Below, in pieces: positions 38,020-47,270 of a DNA stretch of 64,000 bases; position 1 is the stretch's first letter, and every line of letters starts with the position of its first letter. A program made the translations under genes and the position numbers. The notes below the pieces were generated by a model. It did no database searches. It worked only from the letters and a program-made list of their open reading frames with translations, and was not told where the DNA came from. The DNA comes from an uncultured SAR86 cluster bacterium (GTDB lineage: Bacteria; Pseudomonadota; Gammaproteobacteria; Magnimaribacterales; D2472): the NCBI GenBank assembly GCA_902594515.1, contig CACJML010000001.1, positions 78,121-142,120 of the forward strand, given 5' to 3'.

Positions 38020-40580
38020 TAGATTACAAAATTAATTAGTTTTTCTTTAACATAAATCACCTTCTTGATGTTGTCTAGCTGTAAGTGCTTTGAAACATTT
38101 TCATTAGAAAGCGCAATACTTTTGATTTGCTCTTCTGTTAGGGTTTTTTCGATTTTCTCTTTCCCACGGACTTTACCATTTACTTGAATGATTAATTCAA
38201 AGTTATCATCGAGAATCAAATTCTCTTTGAATTCGGGCCAACTTGTTTCAAATAAACTTTTATCTTGAGAGGAATTAAATTTGGACCATAACTCTAAAGT
38301 TACATGAGGCGCTATTGGGGATAATATCTTAAGTGAAAACTCAATTGCTTCATTAAGACAGTATTTTTGTGATTCTGAAGCATCCTCTTTTTTAAATGAC
38401 TCTGGGATTGCATTAATTAACTCCATTACCGCTGCAATAACGGTATTAAAGGAGTTTCTTTCTTCATAATCTTTTAATACTTTTTTAAGCGTTTGATGAG
38501 ATTTTCTTCTTAATGTTTCTTCCTCTTTATTAAATGCAGATGGCTCTTCAATATTATTAGATCTGCCCTCAACTAAGGTCCAGAATCTCTTGATAAATCT
38601 GTAAGAACCTTCAATTGCATTTTCTGACCATTCAAGAGTCTGTTCTGGAGGAGATGTAAACATCATATATAACCGCACGGTATCAGCTCCATATTTATCA
38701 ATCATCTCTTTTGGGTCCACGCCGTTAAGTTTTGATTTACTCATTTTTGACATGCCATCTTTAAAAACTTTGTTTCCTGAATTATCAAGAAGCTCATCAT
38801 TTTTGTCTTCGAGTGAGTCTTTATTCAGCCAAGTTTTATTTCCTGCTTCATCTAGCACATAAAAAGCATCTGCCAAAACCATGCCTTGAGTTAGAAGTTT
38901 AGTGAAAGGTTCTTCGTTATGAATTAGCTTATTCTCATGCATTAGGATATTAAAGAACCTTGCATACAAAAGGTGAAGGATTGCATGCTCTATACCTCCG
39001 ACATATTGATCTACCGGAAGCCAATAGTTGGCTTCTTTGCTGATCATTTCTTTATCGCTGATACCTGCAAACCTAGCAAAATACCAAGAGCTCTCAAAAA
39101 ACGTATCAAAGGTATCAGTCTCACGAGTAGCATCTTTAGAGCATTTTGGGCATTTAACAGCCATCCAATCAGAAAAGGTTGAAAGGTTTAGACCTTTTGA
39201 GGAAATATTATCAATTTCAGGTAGTTCAACTGGAAGATCTGTTTCTGGAACTTTTACAGGACCACAATCATCGCAATGAATTATCGGAATAGGACAACCC
39301 CAATATCTTTGCCTAGAAATTCCCCAATCCCTCAGTCTAAAATTTGTTTTGACTTCAGCATTATTAGTTTTAACAAGCTCTTTAGTTATCGAATCAAAAG
39401 CATCATCAAAATCCAAGCCATTAAATTGTTTCGAATTAATAAGAATACCTTTGTCTTCTAATGCACCATCACTAACTCCATTATCTTGATCGGACTCAAT
39501 AACTTGTTTGATAGAAATACTATATTTTTTCGCAAACTCCCAATCCCTTTGATCATGTCCCGGAACACACATTACTGCTCCAGTGCCATAGTCCATCAAA
39601 ATAAAATTTGCTATCCAAATTGGAATGTCTTCATTCGTAAAAGGATGAATTGCCTTTAGTCCTGTATCAATTCCAAGTTTTTCTTGAGTTGCAATTGCTG
39701 CCTCTGATGTCGTTATATTTTTATTATTCTCAATAAAATCACGGATTTTTGGATTTGATTCAATCAATGAGATCGCCAAGGGATGATCCATAGCCACAGC
39801 ACAATATGTTGCACCAAAAATCGTATCAGGCCTTGTTGTAAAAACTCTTAAAGCATTATTATGATCTTTAATATGAAAATTGAATTCTAATCCCTTGGAT
39901 TTTCCAATCCAATTTTCCTGCATCAGCTTTACTTGGTTAGGCCAGCCATTAAGCTCTTGGATATTCTCCAAAAGTTTATCTGCATAATCAGTTATCTTTA
40001 TAAAATACTGATCTATTTTCTTTTTTTCTATTATTGCTCCAGACCTCCATCCCTTACCATCGATCACTTGTTCATTGGCTAAAACTGTTTCATCAACGGG
40101 GTCCCAATTTACTTCTGATTCCTTTTTATAAATCAGTCCTTGGTCAAAGAGTTGATTGAAAAAAGATTGTTCCCACTTATAGTAGTCAGGTGACGAGGTA
40201 GCAAATTCTCTGTTCCAGTCGTAACTGAACCCCAAACTTTTAAGCTGCCCCCGCATAGCGTCAATATTTTGAATTGTCCATTCCTTAGGGGAAACGTCAT
40301 TTTCAATTGCAGCATTCTCGGCTGGCAAACCAAATGAATCCCAGCCCATAGGCTGAAGCACATTGAAACCTTGCATGCGCTTAAACCTCGAGATCACATC
40401 CCCAATCGTATAATTTCTAACATGACCCATATGCAATTTTCCTGACGGATACGGAAACATTGAAAGGCAATAGTATTTAGGTTTTTTACTTTCTTTTGCT
40501 GCAAAACTATCCCTTTCATCCCAAAAAGATTGGGCGGCTTTTTCTACTACTTTGGGATTATATGCTTCAGTCATTTTCAA
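38019..40580 (-). CDS. leuS: Leucyl-tRNA synthetase
   Basis: 853 aa. The HIGH-type motif (LHMGHVRNY), the KMSKS motif and the CP1 editing domain are present. Confidence 0.97.
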   Translation of the reverse strand: MKMTEAYNPKVVEKAAQSFWDERDSFAAKESKKPKYYCLSMFPYPSGKLHMGHVRNYTIGDVISRFKRMQGFNVLQPMGWDSFGLPAENAAIENDVSPKEWTIQNIDAMRGQLKSLGFSYDWNREFATSSPDYYKWEQSFFNQLFDQGLIYKKESEVNWDPVDETVLANEQVIDGKGWRSGAIIEKKKIDQYFIKITDYADKLLENIQELNGWPNQVKLMQENWIGKSKGLEFNFHIKDHNNALRVFTTRPDTIFGATYCAVAMDHPLAISLIESNPKIRDFIENNKNITTSEAAIATQEKLGIDTGLKAIHPFTNEDIPIWIANFILMDYGTGAVMCVPGHDQRDWEFAKKYSISIKQVIESDQDNGVSDGALEDKGILINSKQFNGLDFDDAFDSITKELVKTNNAEVKTNFRLRDWGISRQRYWGCPIPIIHCDDCGPVKVPETDLPVELPEIDNISSKGLNLSTFSDWMAVKCPKCSKDATRETDTFDTFFESSWYFARFAGISDKEMISKEANYWLPVDQYVGGIEHAILHLLYARFFNILMHENKLIHNEEPFTKLLTQGMVLADAFYVLDEAGNKTWLNKDSLEDKNDELLDNSGNKVFKDGMSKMSKSKLNGVDPKEMIDKYGADTVRLYMMFTSPPEQTLEWSENAIEGSYRFIKRFWTLVEGRSNNIEEPSAFNKEEETLRRKSHQTLKKVLKDYEERNSFNTVIAAVMELINAIPESFKKEDASESQKYCLNEAIEFSLKILSPIAPHVTLELWSKFNSSQDKSLFETSWPEFKENLILDDNFELIIQVNGKVRGKEKIEKTLTEEQIKSIALSNENVSKHLQLDNIKKVIYVKEKLINFVI

Positions 40581-41922
40581 ACTGCTTCATAAAATTATCT
40601 TCAAGATAATTAATATTATGTTTGTTGTCTTGGAATGTTTGATCATTCATTAATGCAAGATGAAGAGAGTGATTGGTTTTAATGCCCTCTACAAAAAATT
40701 CATCGAGTGCATTTTTCATTCTTTTGATACACGATTTGCGTTTATTTGTTGCAGTAATTATCTTTGCAAGCAAAGAATCATAATATGGTGGCACTGTGTA
40801 GCCAGAGTATATATGCGAATCAAATCTTATCCCAAAACCTCCTGGAGGATGCATTTTTGTTATTTTGCCTGGTGACGGTATAAATGTGACAGGATCTTCC
40901 GCATTAATCCTGCACTCCATTGCATGACCTTTGAAAGTGATTCGGTTTTGATCAAGGACAAAATCCATGCCCAGTGCTACTTTTAGCTGAGCTTTAACAA
41001 GATCAAACATAGTTATCATTTCAGTTACCGGATGTTCAACCTGAATTCTTGTATTCATTTCTATAAAGAAAAACTCTTTATCCTTATAAAGAAATTCAAT
41101 AGTGCCTGCGCCTTCATATTTTATTGATTCACATAAATTCACGCATGCTGTTAATACTTTTTGCGTTTCAACCTCATCAATATCCACAGCTGGCGCTTCT
41201 TCAATAATTTTTTGATGTCTTCTTTGCAGACTGCAATCTCTTGTTCCTAGATGGATCGCTTTACCCTTTCCATCACCGAAGACCTGAACTTCAATATGCC
41301 TAGGATTTTCAATATATTTTTCTAGGTATAAAGTCTCATTTCCAAAAGCATTTTTTGCTTCTTGCTGAGTAATCGAAATGCCTGAGATTAACTCATCAAT
41401 ATCATTAGCAACCCTCATTCCTCTTCCTCCACCACCAGCAGTTGCTTTGATCATTATGGGAAACCCTATTTTCGTAGCTATTTTTTCCAATTCACCCTTA
41501 TTCTCTGGAAGTTTGTCTTTGTAGCCCGGAACTGTTGGAATTCCAGATTTTTCAGCTATTGTTTTAGCAGTAATCTTATCTCCCATTTTTTTAATGACCG
41601 CCGAGGAGGGCCCTATGAATTTAAAACCACTCCCTTCACATTTTTCGGCAAATTCATGATCTTCGGCGAGGAATCCATATCCAGGATAAATCGCATCTGA
41701 GCCGGTCACTTCAGCTGCAGAAAGTATGCCTGGGATATATAGATAACTTTCAAGCGGATTGGAAGGACCTATGCAAACTGTTTCGTCGGCAAATCTTAAA
41801 TGTTTAAGCTCTTGATCTCCGCTAGAGTAGACACCAACTGTTTTCAGGCCAACTTCTTTACATGCTCTAAGAGCACGCAATGCGATTTCTCCTCTATTGG
41901 CAATTAAAACTTTTTTTGTCAT
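40567..41922 (-). CDS. accC: Acetyl-CoA carboxylase biotin carboxylase subunit
   Basis: 451 aa. It has the ATP-grasp N-terminus MTKKVLIANRGEIALRALRACKE. accB lies directly upstream. Confidence 0.97.
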   Translation of the reverse strand: MTKKVLIANRGEIALRALRACKEVGLKTVGVYSSGDQELKHLRFADETVCIGPSNPLESYLYIPGILSAAEVTGSDAIYPGYGFLAEDHEFAEKCEGSGFKFIGPSSAVIKKMGDKITAKTIAEKSGIPTVPGYKDKLPENKGELEKIATKIGFPIMIKATAGGGGRGMRVANDIDELISGISITQQEAKNAFGNETLYLEKYIENPRHIEVQVFGDGKGKAIHLGTRDCSLQRRHQKIIEEAPAVDIDEVETQKVLTACVNLCESIKYEGAGTIEFLYKDKEFFFIEMNTRIQVEHPVTEMITMFDLVKAQLKVALGMDFVLDQNRITFKGHAMECRINAEDPVTFIPSPGKITKMHPPGGFGIRFDSHIYSGYTVPPYYDSLLAKIITATNKRKSCIKRMKNALDEFFVEGIKTNHSLHLALMNDQTFQDNKHNINYLEDNFMKQFEND

Positions 41923-42363
41923 TTAACTAACGGTAATAAGATTTTGATCGAATTCTACAGGCGTTCCATCTTCTACGTTAATAGATTTAATTATTCCAGA
42001 AAAATCTGATTTGATTTCATTCATCATTTTCATTGCTTCAACAATACAAACAACTTGACCTTTTTCAACATGATCACCAACTTCAACAAACGGAGGCTTA
42101 TCAGGCGCTGGTTTTCTATAAAAAGTTCCAACAATTGGGGATTTAATGTGATTTCCCGAAGCATTTGAATCGTCAATATGAATCTCTTCGGTAGTTGTTT
42201 TTATTGCTTGAGTTGCCTGATTTGAAATGACATATTCTTCTGTTGGCGAAACTATGCCCCCTCTCGCAATCCTTACCGATTCTTCACCTTCTTTAACCTC
42301 AATCTCTCTGAGGTCTGAAGCTTGAAGCATTTCAATTAACTTCTTAATTTTTCTAATATCCAT
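41923..42363 (-). CDS. accB: Biotin carboxyl carrier protein
   Basis: It carries the biotinyl-lysine motif [10 protein letters not shown]. 146 aa. Confidence 0.95.
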   Translation of the reverse strand: MDIRKIKKLIEMLQASDLREIEVKEGEESVRIARGGIVSPTEEYVISNQATQAIKTTTEEIHIDDSNASGNHIKSPIVGTFYRKPAPDKPPFVEVGDHVEKGQVVCIVEAMKMMNEIKSDFSGIIKSINVEDGTPVEFDQNLITVS

Positions 42364-42806
42364 TAGCTACTCCTAAATTTTTTGATTGCTTTATTAACTG
42401 CATCTTCATATCCCCTTATCCCTTTTCCTGAAATTTGTTCAATAGCTATATCTTCAAAAAAAGAATGATGCCTAAACGCTTCCCTGCTTTTAATATCAGT
42501 TATATGGACTTCATAGAATGGAATATCAACAGCAAGAATCGCATCTCGGATAGCAATACTTGTATGGGTAAAAGCTGCTGGATTAATTATGATGACTTCA
42601 ATATTTTCAACACTAGCACCATGTATTTCATTGATAATTTTTTCTTCTGAGTTTGATTGGAAGCAATGCAGTTCACAATCCTGATCCTCTGCTATTGAAC
42701 GAAGTTTAGACTCAAGTTCTTTGAGACTTAAATCACCATATTTTTCAGTCTCTCTTGAGCCGAGAAGATTAAGGTTTGGACCATTAATAAGTAAAATTTT
42801 CATCAC
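42363..42806 (-). CDS. aroQ: Type II 3-dehydroquinate dehydratase
   Basis: 147 aa. It has [18 protein letters not shown] and ..[17 protein letters not shown]... The aroQ-accB-accC synteny is present. Confidence 0.93.
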   Translation of the reverse strand: MMKILLINGPNLNLLGSRETEKYGDLSLKELESKLRSIAEDQDCELHCFQSNSEEKIINEIHGASVENIEVIIINPAAFTHTSIAIRDAILAVDIPFYEVHITDIKSREAFRHHSFFEDIAIEQISGKGIRGYEDAVNKAIKKFRSS

Positions 42807-42847
42807 TTTTATAGATTTTTGAAGATTTTAGCAGATTTTTACGTATT

Positions 42848-43297
42848 TTATAGAAAAATGACTGTAGACTTTATTGGGTAGCAATAAGTATTTTCTTTAC
42901 AACCTTGATATTCAACATTCATTGAAACTTTTTGATTGTCTAATCTACTTAATGAAGACTCAACATCATATTCGATTTCAACTTTATTATAAATCACTTT
43001 TTTTATACCCAAGAAGGGATCATCTTTAACAATCCATTTTATTTTATCAATGTTGATTGGTGAGATTTTATGATCTGAAATTAAAGCAAAGGAATCCTTA
43101 TACATATAATATCCTGGCTCAATTTCCCATATTAATTTTAAAGTATTATTATTTATCAAATAGTTAAATTTAAATGCTTGTTCAGGTGGAATAATCCTTT
43201 CATCACCTAAAATGGACTGAATTTTTTCAGTACTGAAGGCGCTTAATGAAATAAGCATTAAGATAAAAAAAGTGTATTTATTAGATATTTTTTGCAT
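42848..43297 (-). CDS. Stand-alone DsbD N-terminal (alpha) domain protein
   Basis: It has a signal peptide. PPEQAFKFNY, LIWEIEPGYYMYKDSF and VEYQGCKENTYCYP parallel the E. coli nDsbD segments PADQAFAFDF, LTWQIKDGYYLYRKQI and VTYQGCADAGFCYPP (C-x5-C). The ORF stops 9 residues after the CYP motif, with no TM or thioredoxin domains. Confidence 0.75.
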   Translation of the reverse strand: MQKISNKYTFFILMLISLSAFSTEKIQSILGDERIIPPEQAFKFNYLINNNTLKLIWEIEPGYYMYKDSFALISDHKISPINIDKIKWIVKDDPFLGIKKVIYNKVEIEYDVESSLSRLDNQKVSMNVEYQGCKENTYCYPIKSTVIFL

Positions 43298-43311
43298 AAC
43301 TTAATCCTCAA

Positions 43312-44664
43312 ATGATAGAAAAAAATCAAAGCATTTGCATCATTGGTGCTGGAAGTACCGGTATAGCAGCATGTAAGAATTTTCATCAAGCAGGTTTAGA
43401 TTTTATTTGTTACGAAGCAAGCGATCAGATTGGTGGGAATTGGGTCTACAAAAATAAGAACCAAATGTCATCCGCTTACAAATCACTGCATATCAATACT
43501 TCCAGAGAAAAAATGGAATACTCAGATTTCCCAATGCCTGATTCCTTTCCAGACTTTCCTCATCACAGCGATATTGCTAAATATTTTAATGATTACGTAG
43601 ATCACTTTGGCTTTAGAGATAAAATTAAATTTAATACATCTGTAGTTTCAGCAATTCTACTAGAGGATGAATCATGGCAAATATCTACCAGCGACGGCGT
43701 CACAAATATTTATGATAATTTGGTAGTTGCAAATGGCCATCATTGGGATCCCAGATATCCTAATCCATATTTTAAGGGTAAATTTTCTGGAGAAACCTTG
43801 CATTCTCATCATTACCTTGAGCCTCATGACCCAGTTGACTGTGTGGGCAAGAATATTGTCATTGTTGGTGCAGGAAATTCTGCGATGGATATCGCGTGTG
43901 AACTTAGTAGAAAAAATACTGCAAACAAAGTTTTCCTTGCTGTTCGCAGCCCTGTTTGGATAACGCCTAAATATTTTGGTTCAACACCCTTGGATAGTTT
44001 TCAAAGACATCCATCAATAAAAGCAAATATTTTTCAAAAAGCATTCGAAAAGATTTTTAGTTTTTTAGCTGACTTTATTCTTACACGCAGAGTTATTAAG
44101 TATATTGGTAGACCAGAAGATATTGGATTGCCAAAACCTTCTCATAAATTTACACAGGCTCACCCCACAATATCAAGCGAGATTCAGCTAAGAATCGGAT
44201 CAGGCGACCTAATAATAAAACCAAACATAGATAATTTTAATAATAAAACAGTTACATTTGATGATGGATCGAAGGAAGAAATTGACGTTATCATTTATGC
44301 CACCGGATATAAGATTTCTTTTCCATTTTTTAGCGATTCTTTTTTAAAAGTAAAGAACAACGATATTGCTTTATATAAAAGAATATTTCATCCTCAATAT
44401 TCATCACTTTTTTTTCTGGGTTTGGTGCAGCCGCTATGCGCAATGATGCCAATCGCAGATGAGCAATCTAAACTACTTACCAGTTATCTAAAAAACACAT
44501 ACAAATTGCCTTCACAAGAGGTGATGAGGCAAGATGCTGAATCCATTCACAATGAGATGAAGGATTACTATGTGGATTCACCTCGTCACACAATACAAAT
44601 TAACTGTTTAACCTACACGGATGATCTGAGAGACGAGTTAAAATTAGGTAGTAGGAGGTTGTAG
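43312..44664 (+). CDS. Flavin-containing monooxygenase (FMO-type class B flavoprotein monooxygenase)
   Basis: It has GAGSTG and GAGNSAMD dinucleotide motifs, IGGNW, and the FMO-identifying motif F-x-G-x-x-x-H-x-x-x-Y, present as FSGETLHSHHY. Confidence 0.85.
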   Translation: MIEKNQSICIIGAGSTGIAACKNFHQAGLDFICYEASDQIGGNWVYKNKNQMSSAYKSLHINTSREKMEYSDFPMPDSFPDFPHHSDIAKYFNDYVDHFGFRDKIKFNTSVVSAILLEDESWQISTSDGVTNIYDNLVVANGHHWDPRYPNPYFKGKFSGETLHSHHYLEPHDPVDCVGKNIVIVGAGNSAMDIACELSRKNTANKVFLAVRSPVWITPKYFGSTPLDSFQRHPSIKANIFQKAFEKIFSFLADFILTRRVIKYIGRPEDIGLPKPSHKFTQAHPTISSEIQLRIGSGDLIIKPNIDNFNNKTVTFDDGSKEEIDVIIYATGYKISFPFFSDSFLKVKNNDIALYKRIFHPQYSSLFFLGLVQPLCAMMPIADEQSKLLTSYLKNTYKLPSQEVMRQDAESIHNEMKDYYVDSPRHTIQINCLTYTDDLRDELKLGSRRL

Positions 44665-45677
44665 TGCTGGCTAATTTTTTTATAGCGTTATTTCTAGCTA
44701 TACCTGAACCTATTTTGAGAATTATATTCTTCTACAAAAGAAGGATTATTATTGATAATCAGCGCCTAAATTTTCAGTCTCAAGTTTTTTTAAGTTTTAT
44801 TGAAAAATCTTTGAAAGCATTGGGAGATGATCCCGTAAAGATAAGAACAGAAAGGGAAAAAAATAATTTAAAAAATCTTTCAGCAAAACCACCAATAAAA
44901 GTATCGACTCAAGATCATAATCTTGTCATAGATGGTCATGAATTAATCCTGAGAGAATACATTCCTGAATCTATTAAAAGCAAAAACTCAATGCTTTATT
45001 TTCATGGCGGAGGCTATGTGATAGGCAGTATAAATACTCACCATACCTGGGTGGAATATTTTGCATCCAAGTTGGAGATGAAAATTTATTCCCTAAATTA
45101 TAGATTGGCACCCGAATATCCATTCCCGTGCGCACTTGAGGACGCAAATTTTGCTTTTGAATGGATAATGAAGAAGTACAATTGTGAGGCTAAAAATATA
45201 ATATTATGCGGTGATAGTGCTGGCGCTCATCTCGCAGCTTCTCTCTCTAACTTCAGATTAGATAATCAATACAAAAGCAGCAAAACACAACTATTAATTT
45301 ATCCAATGATAGATCCTAGCTGTAATTCGAAATCACAAGATCTTTTTGCTAATGGCTTCCTATTAACTAAAGAATCAATGTACAGATTTTGGTCTCTATT
45401 TAGAGGAAATGTCAGTGATGATGAAAATCCATATTTCAACTTAATGCATCAAGAAGACCTTTCAAATTCTCTAGACACTCTTATAATTACAGCCGGATTT
45501 GACCCATTGAGGGATGAGGCAGAAGTTTATGCCAAAAAACTTAATCGATCAGGAGCTCGAGTTAGACAATTGCACTACCCAAATTTATTTCACGGATTTG
45601 TAAATTTAACTGGATTAAGGGCATGCAAGACTGCAGTTGACGATATGATTGATGAAATGAGAAATTTTTGTGAATAA
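44664..45677 (+). CDS. Alpha/beta hydrolase, hormone-sensitive-lipase (family IV) type esterase
   Basis: It has the oxyanion HGGGY, the nucleophile elbow GDSAGAH, DPLRDE and a late His (LFHGF). The GTG start at 44664 shares its G with the FMO TAG stop. A strong AGGAGG lies 6 nt upstream. Confidence 0.85.
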   Translation: MLANFFIALFLAIPEPILRIIFFYKRRIIIDNQRLNFQSQVFLSFIEKSLKALGDDPVKIRTEREKNNLKNLSAKPPIKVSTQDHNLVIDGHELILREYIPESIKSKNSMLYFHGGGYVIGSINTHHTWVEYFASKLEMKIYSLNYRLAPEYPFPCALEDANFAFEWIMKKYNCEAKNIILCGDSAGAHLAASLSNFRLDNQYKSSKTQLLIYPMIDPSCNSKSQDLFANGFLLTKESMYRFWSLFRGNVSDDENPYFNLMHQEDLSNSLDTLIITAGFDPLRDEAEVYAKKLNRSGARVRQLHYPNLFHGFVNLTGLRACKTAVDDMIDEMRNFCE

Positions 45678-47268
45678 ATTACTTTCAGTTTCTAGCTTAG
45701 ACGTTAAGTTTAATCTTAGAGATTCAGTTTTTCATGCTGTTAAAAATGCTTCGTTTGAAATATCAGAAAATGAAATTGTTGGTCTTGTCGGAGAATCTGG
45801 ATCAGGTAAATCAGTAACTGCCATGTCACTGATGAGGTTACTGCCGGAGCCTAAGGCAGAGTTTGGACCAAACTCAAAGATATCCTTTAGAGATAATGAT
45901 GTTCTATCGCTCCCTGCTAACCAACTTCGACTAACAAGAGGCAGTGAAATAAGCATGATATTTCAAGAACCAATGACTTCTTTAAACCCCTTTCATAAAG
46001 TTGGAAAGCAGATACAGGAATCAATTCGTTTGCATCAAAAATTAACAAAAGAAGAATCAAAAAATGAAGCCATTAACTTAATGAAACTCGTTGAGATTCC
46101 AGATTCGAAGAATAGATATCATTCATATCCATATGAATTATCCGGAGGTCAAAGGCAAAGGATTATGATTGCAATGGCCCTAGCTAATAAACCAAAATTG
46201 CTCATTGCGGATGAACCAACTACCGCTCTCGACGTAACTATTCAAGCTCAGATACTTGACCTAATCTCAAAATTAAGAAATGAGGTCGGCATGGCAGTTT
46301 TATTTATCACTCATGATCTTGGACTGATTGAATCTTTTTCAGAAAAGGTAATTGTGATGAAGGAAGGCGAAATTGTAGAACAAGGCCAAACAAAAGAAAT
46401 TTTTTCAAATCCACAACATGCCTATACAAAAATGCTTTTAGCCTCAGAGCCCAAACCTCTAGAGAGTACTCAGAAAGATGAAGCTGTATCACTTGAAGTT
46501 AAGTCTTTATCAGTAAGATTTAATCTTAAAAATAATTCTTTTATGGCAAGCAAGCAATTTACAGCAGTTGATGATGTAACTTTCAAGATCAATACAAATT
46601 CTACTGTTGGATTAGTCGGCGAATCTGGTTCGGGCAAGTCTACATTGGGTAAAGCAATTGCTGGATTATTAAATTACGAGGGTGAAATATTATTTGATAA
46701 AAGAAATCTTGCAAAGATTTCTGGCTCTGAAAGACAAAGAATTAAAAAAGATATTCAGATTATTTTCCAAGATCCTTTCGGCTCATTATCTCCTAGAATG
46801 ACCGTGGGCGAGATTATTGGTGAAGGCCTAGATGTACATTTTGATTTAAAGAAAAATGAAAAGGTATCGCTAATAAAAGATTCAATGGAGGATGTTGGGT
46901 TAAATCCAGAGCATATGTTCAAGTATCCTCATGAATTTTCAGGAGGACAACGTCAAAGAATTGCTATTGCTAGGTCGATCATTTTAAAACCTAAATTACT
47001 TATACTTGATGAGCCAACTTCTGCACTTGATCGATCCATCCAGATTCAAGTCTTGGAGCTGCTAAAAGAACTTCAGAAGAAACTTAAATTAACCTATTTA
47101 TTTATTAGCCATGATCTTAAAGTTATCAGATCAATCTCAGATTATATTTTTGTTATGCAAAATGGGAAAATTATAGAAACCGGGCCATCAAAAGTTGTAT
47201 TTGAAGATCCTAAAAATCAATATACAGTAGACTTGTTAAAAGCAGCATTAAAGTACTCCTCTGGTTAA
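45670..47268 (+). CDS. Duplicated ABC ATPase (peptide/nickel Dpp/Opp-type, YejF-like), no adjacent permease
   Basis: It has two Walker A motifs (GESGSGKS twice) and two signature motifs ([16 protein letters not shown]). The GTG start overlaps the esterase stop by 8 nt. Confidence 0.85.
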   Translation: MNKLLSVSSLDVKFNLRDSVFHAVKNASFEISENEIVGLVGESGSGKSVTAMSLMRLLPEPKAEFGPNSKISFRDNDVLSLPANQLRLTRGSEISMIFQEPMTSLNPFHKVGKQIQESIRLHQKLTKEESKNEAINLMKLVEIPDSKNRYHSYPYELSGGQRQRIMIAMALANKPKLLIADEPTTALDVTIQAQILDLISKLRNEVGMAVLFITHDLGLIESFSEKVIVMKEGEIVEQGQTKEIFSNPQHAYTKMLLASEPKPLESTQKDEAVSLEVKSLSVRFNLKNNSFMASKQFTAVDDVTFKINTNSTVGLVGESGSGKSTLGKAIAGLLNYEGEILFDKRNLAKISGSERQRIKKDIQIIFQDPFGSLSPRMTVGEIIGEGLDVHFDLKKNEKVSLIKDSMEDVGLNPEHMFKYPHEFSGGQRQRIAIARSIILKPKLLILDEPTSALDRSIQIQVLELLKELQKKLKLTYLFISHDLKVIRSISDYIFVMQNGKIIETGPSKVVFEDPKNQYTVDLLKAALKYSSG

Positions 47269-47270
47269 AT

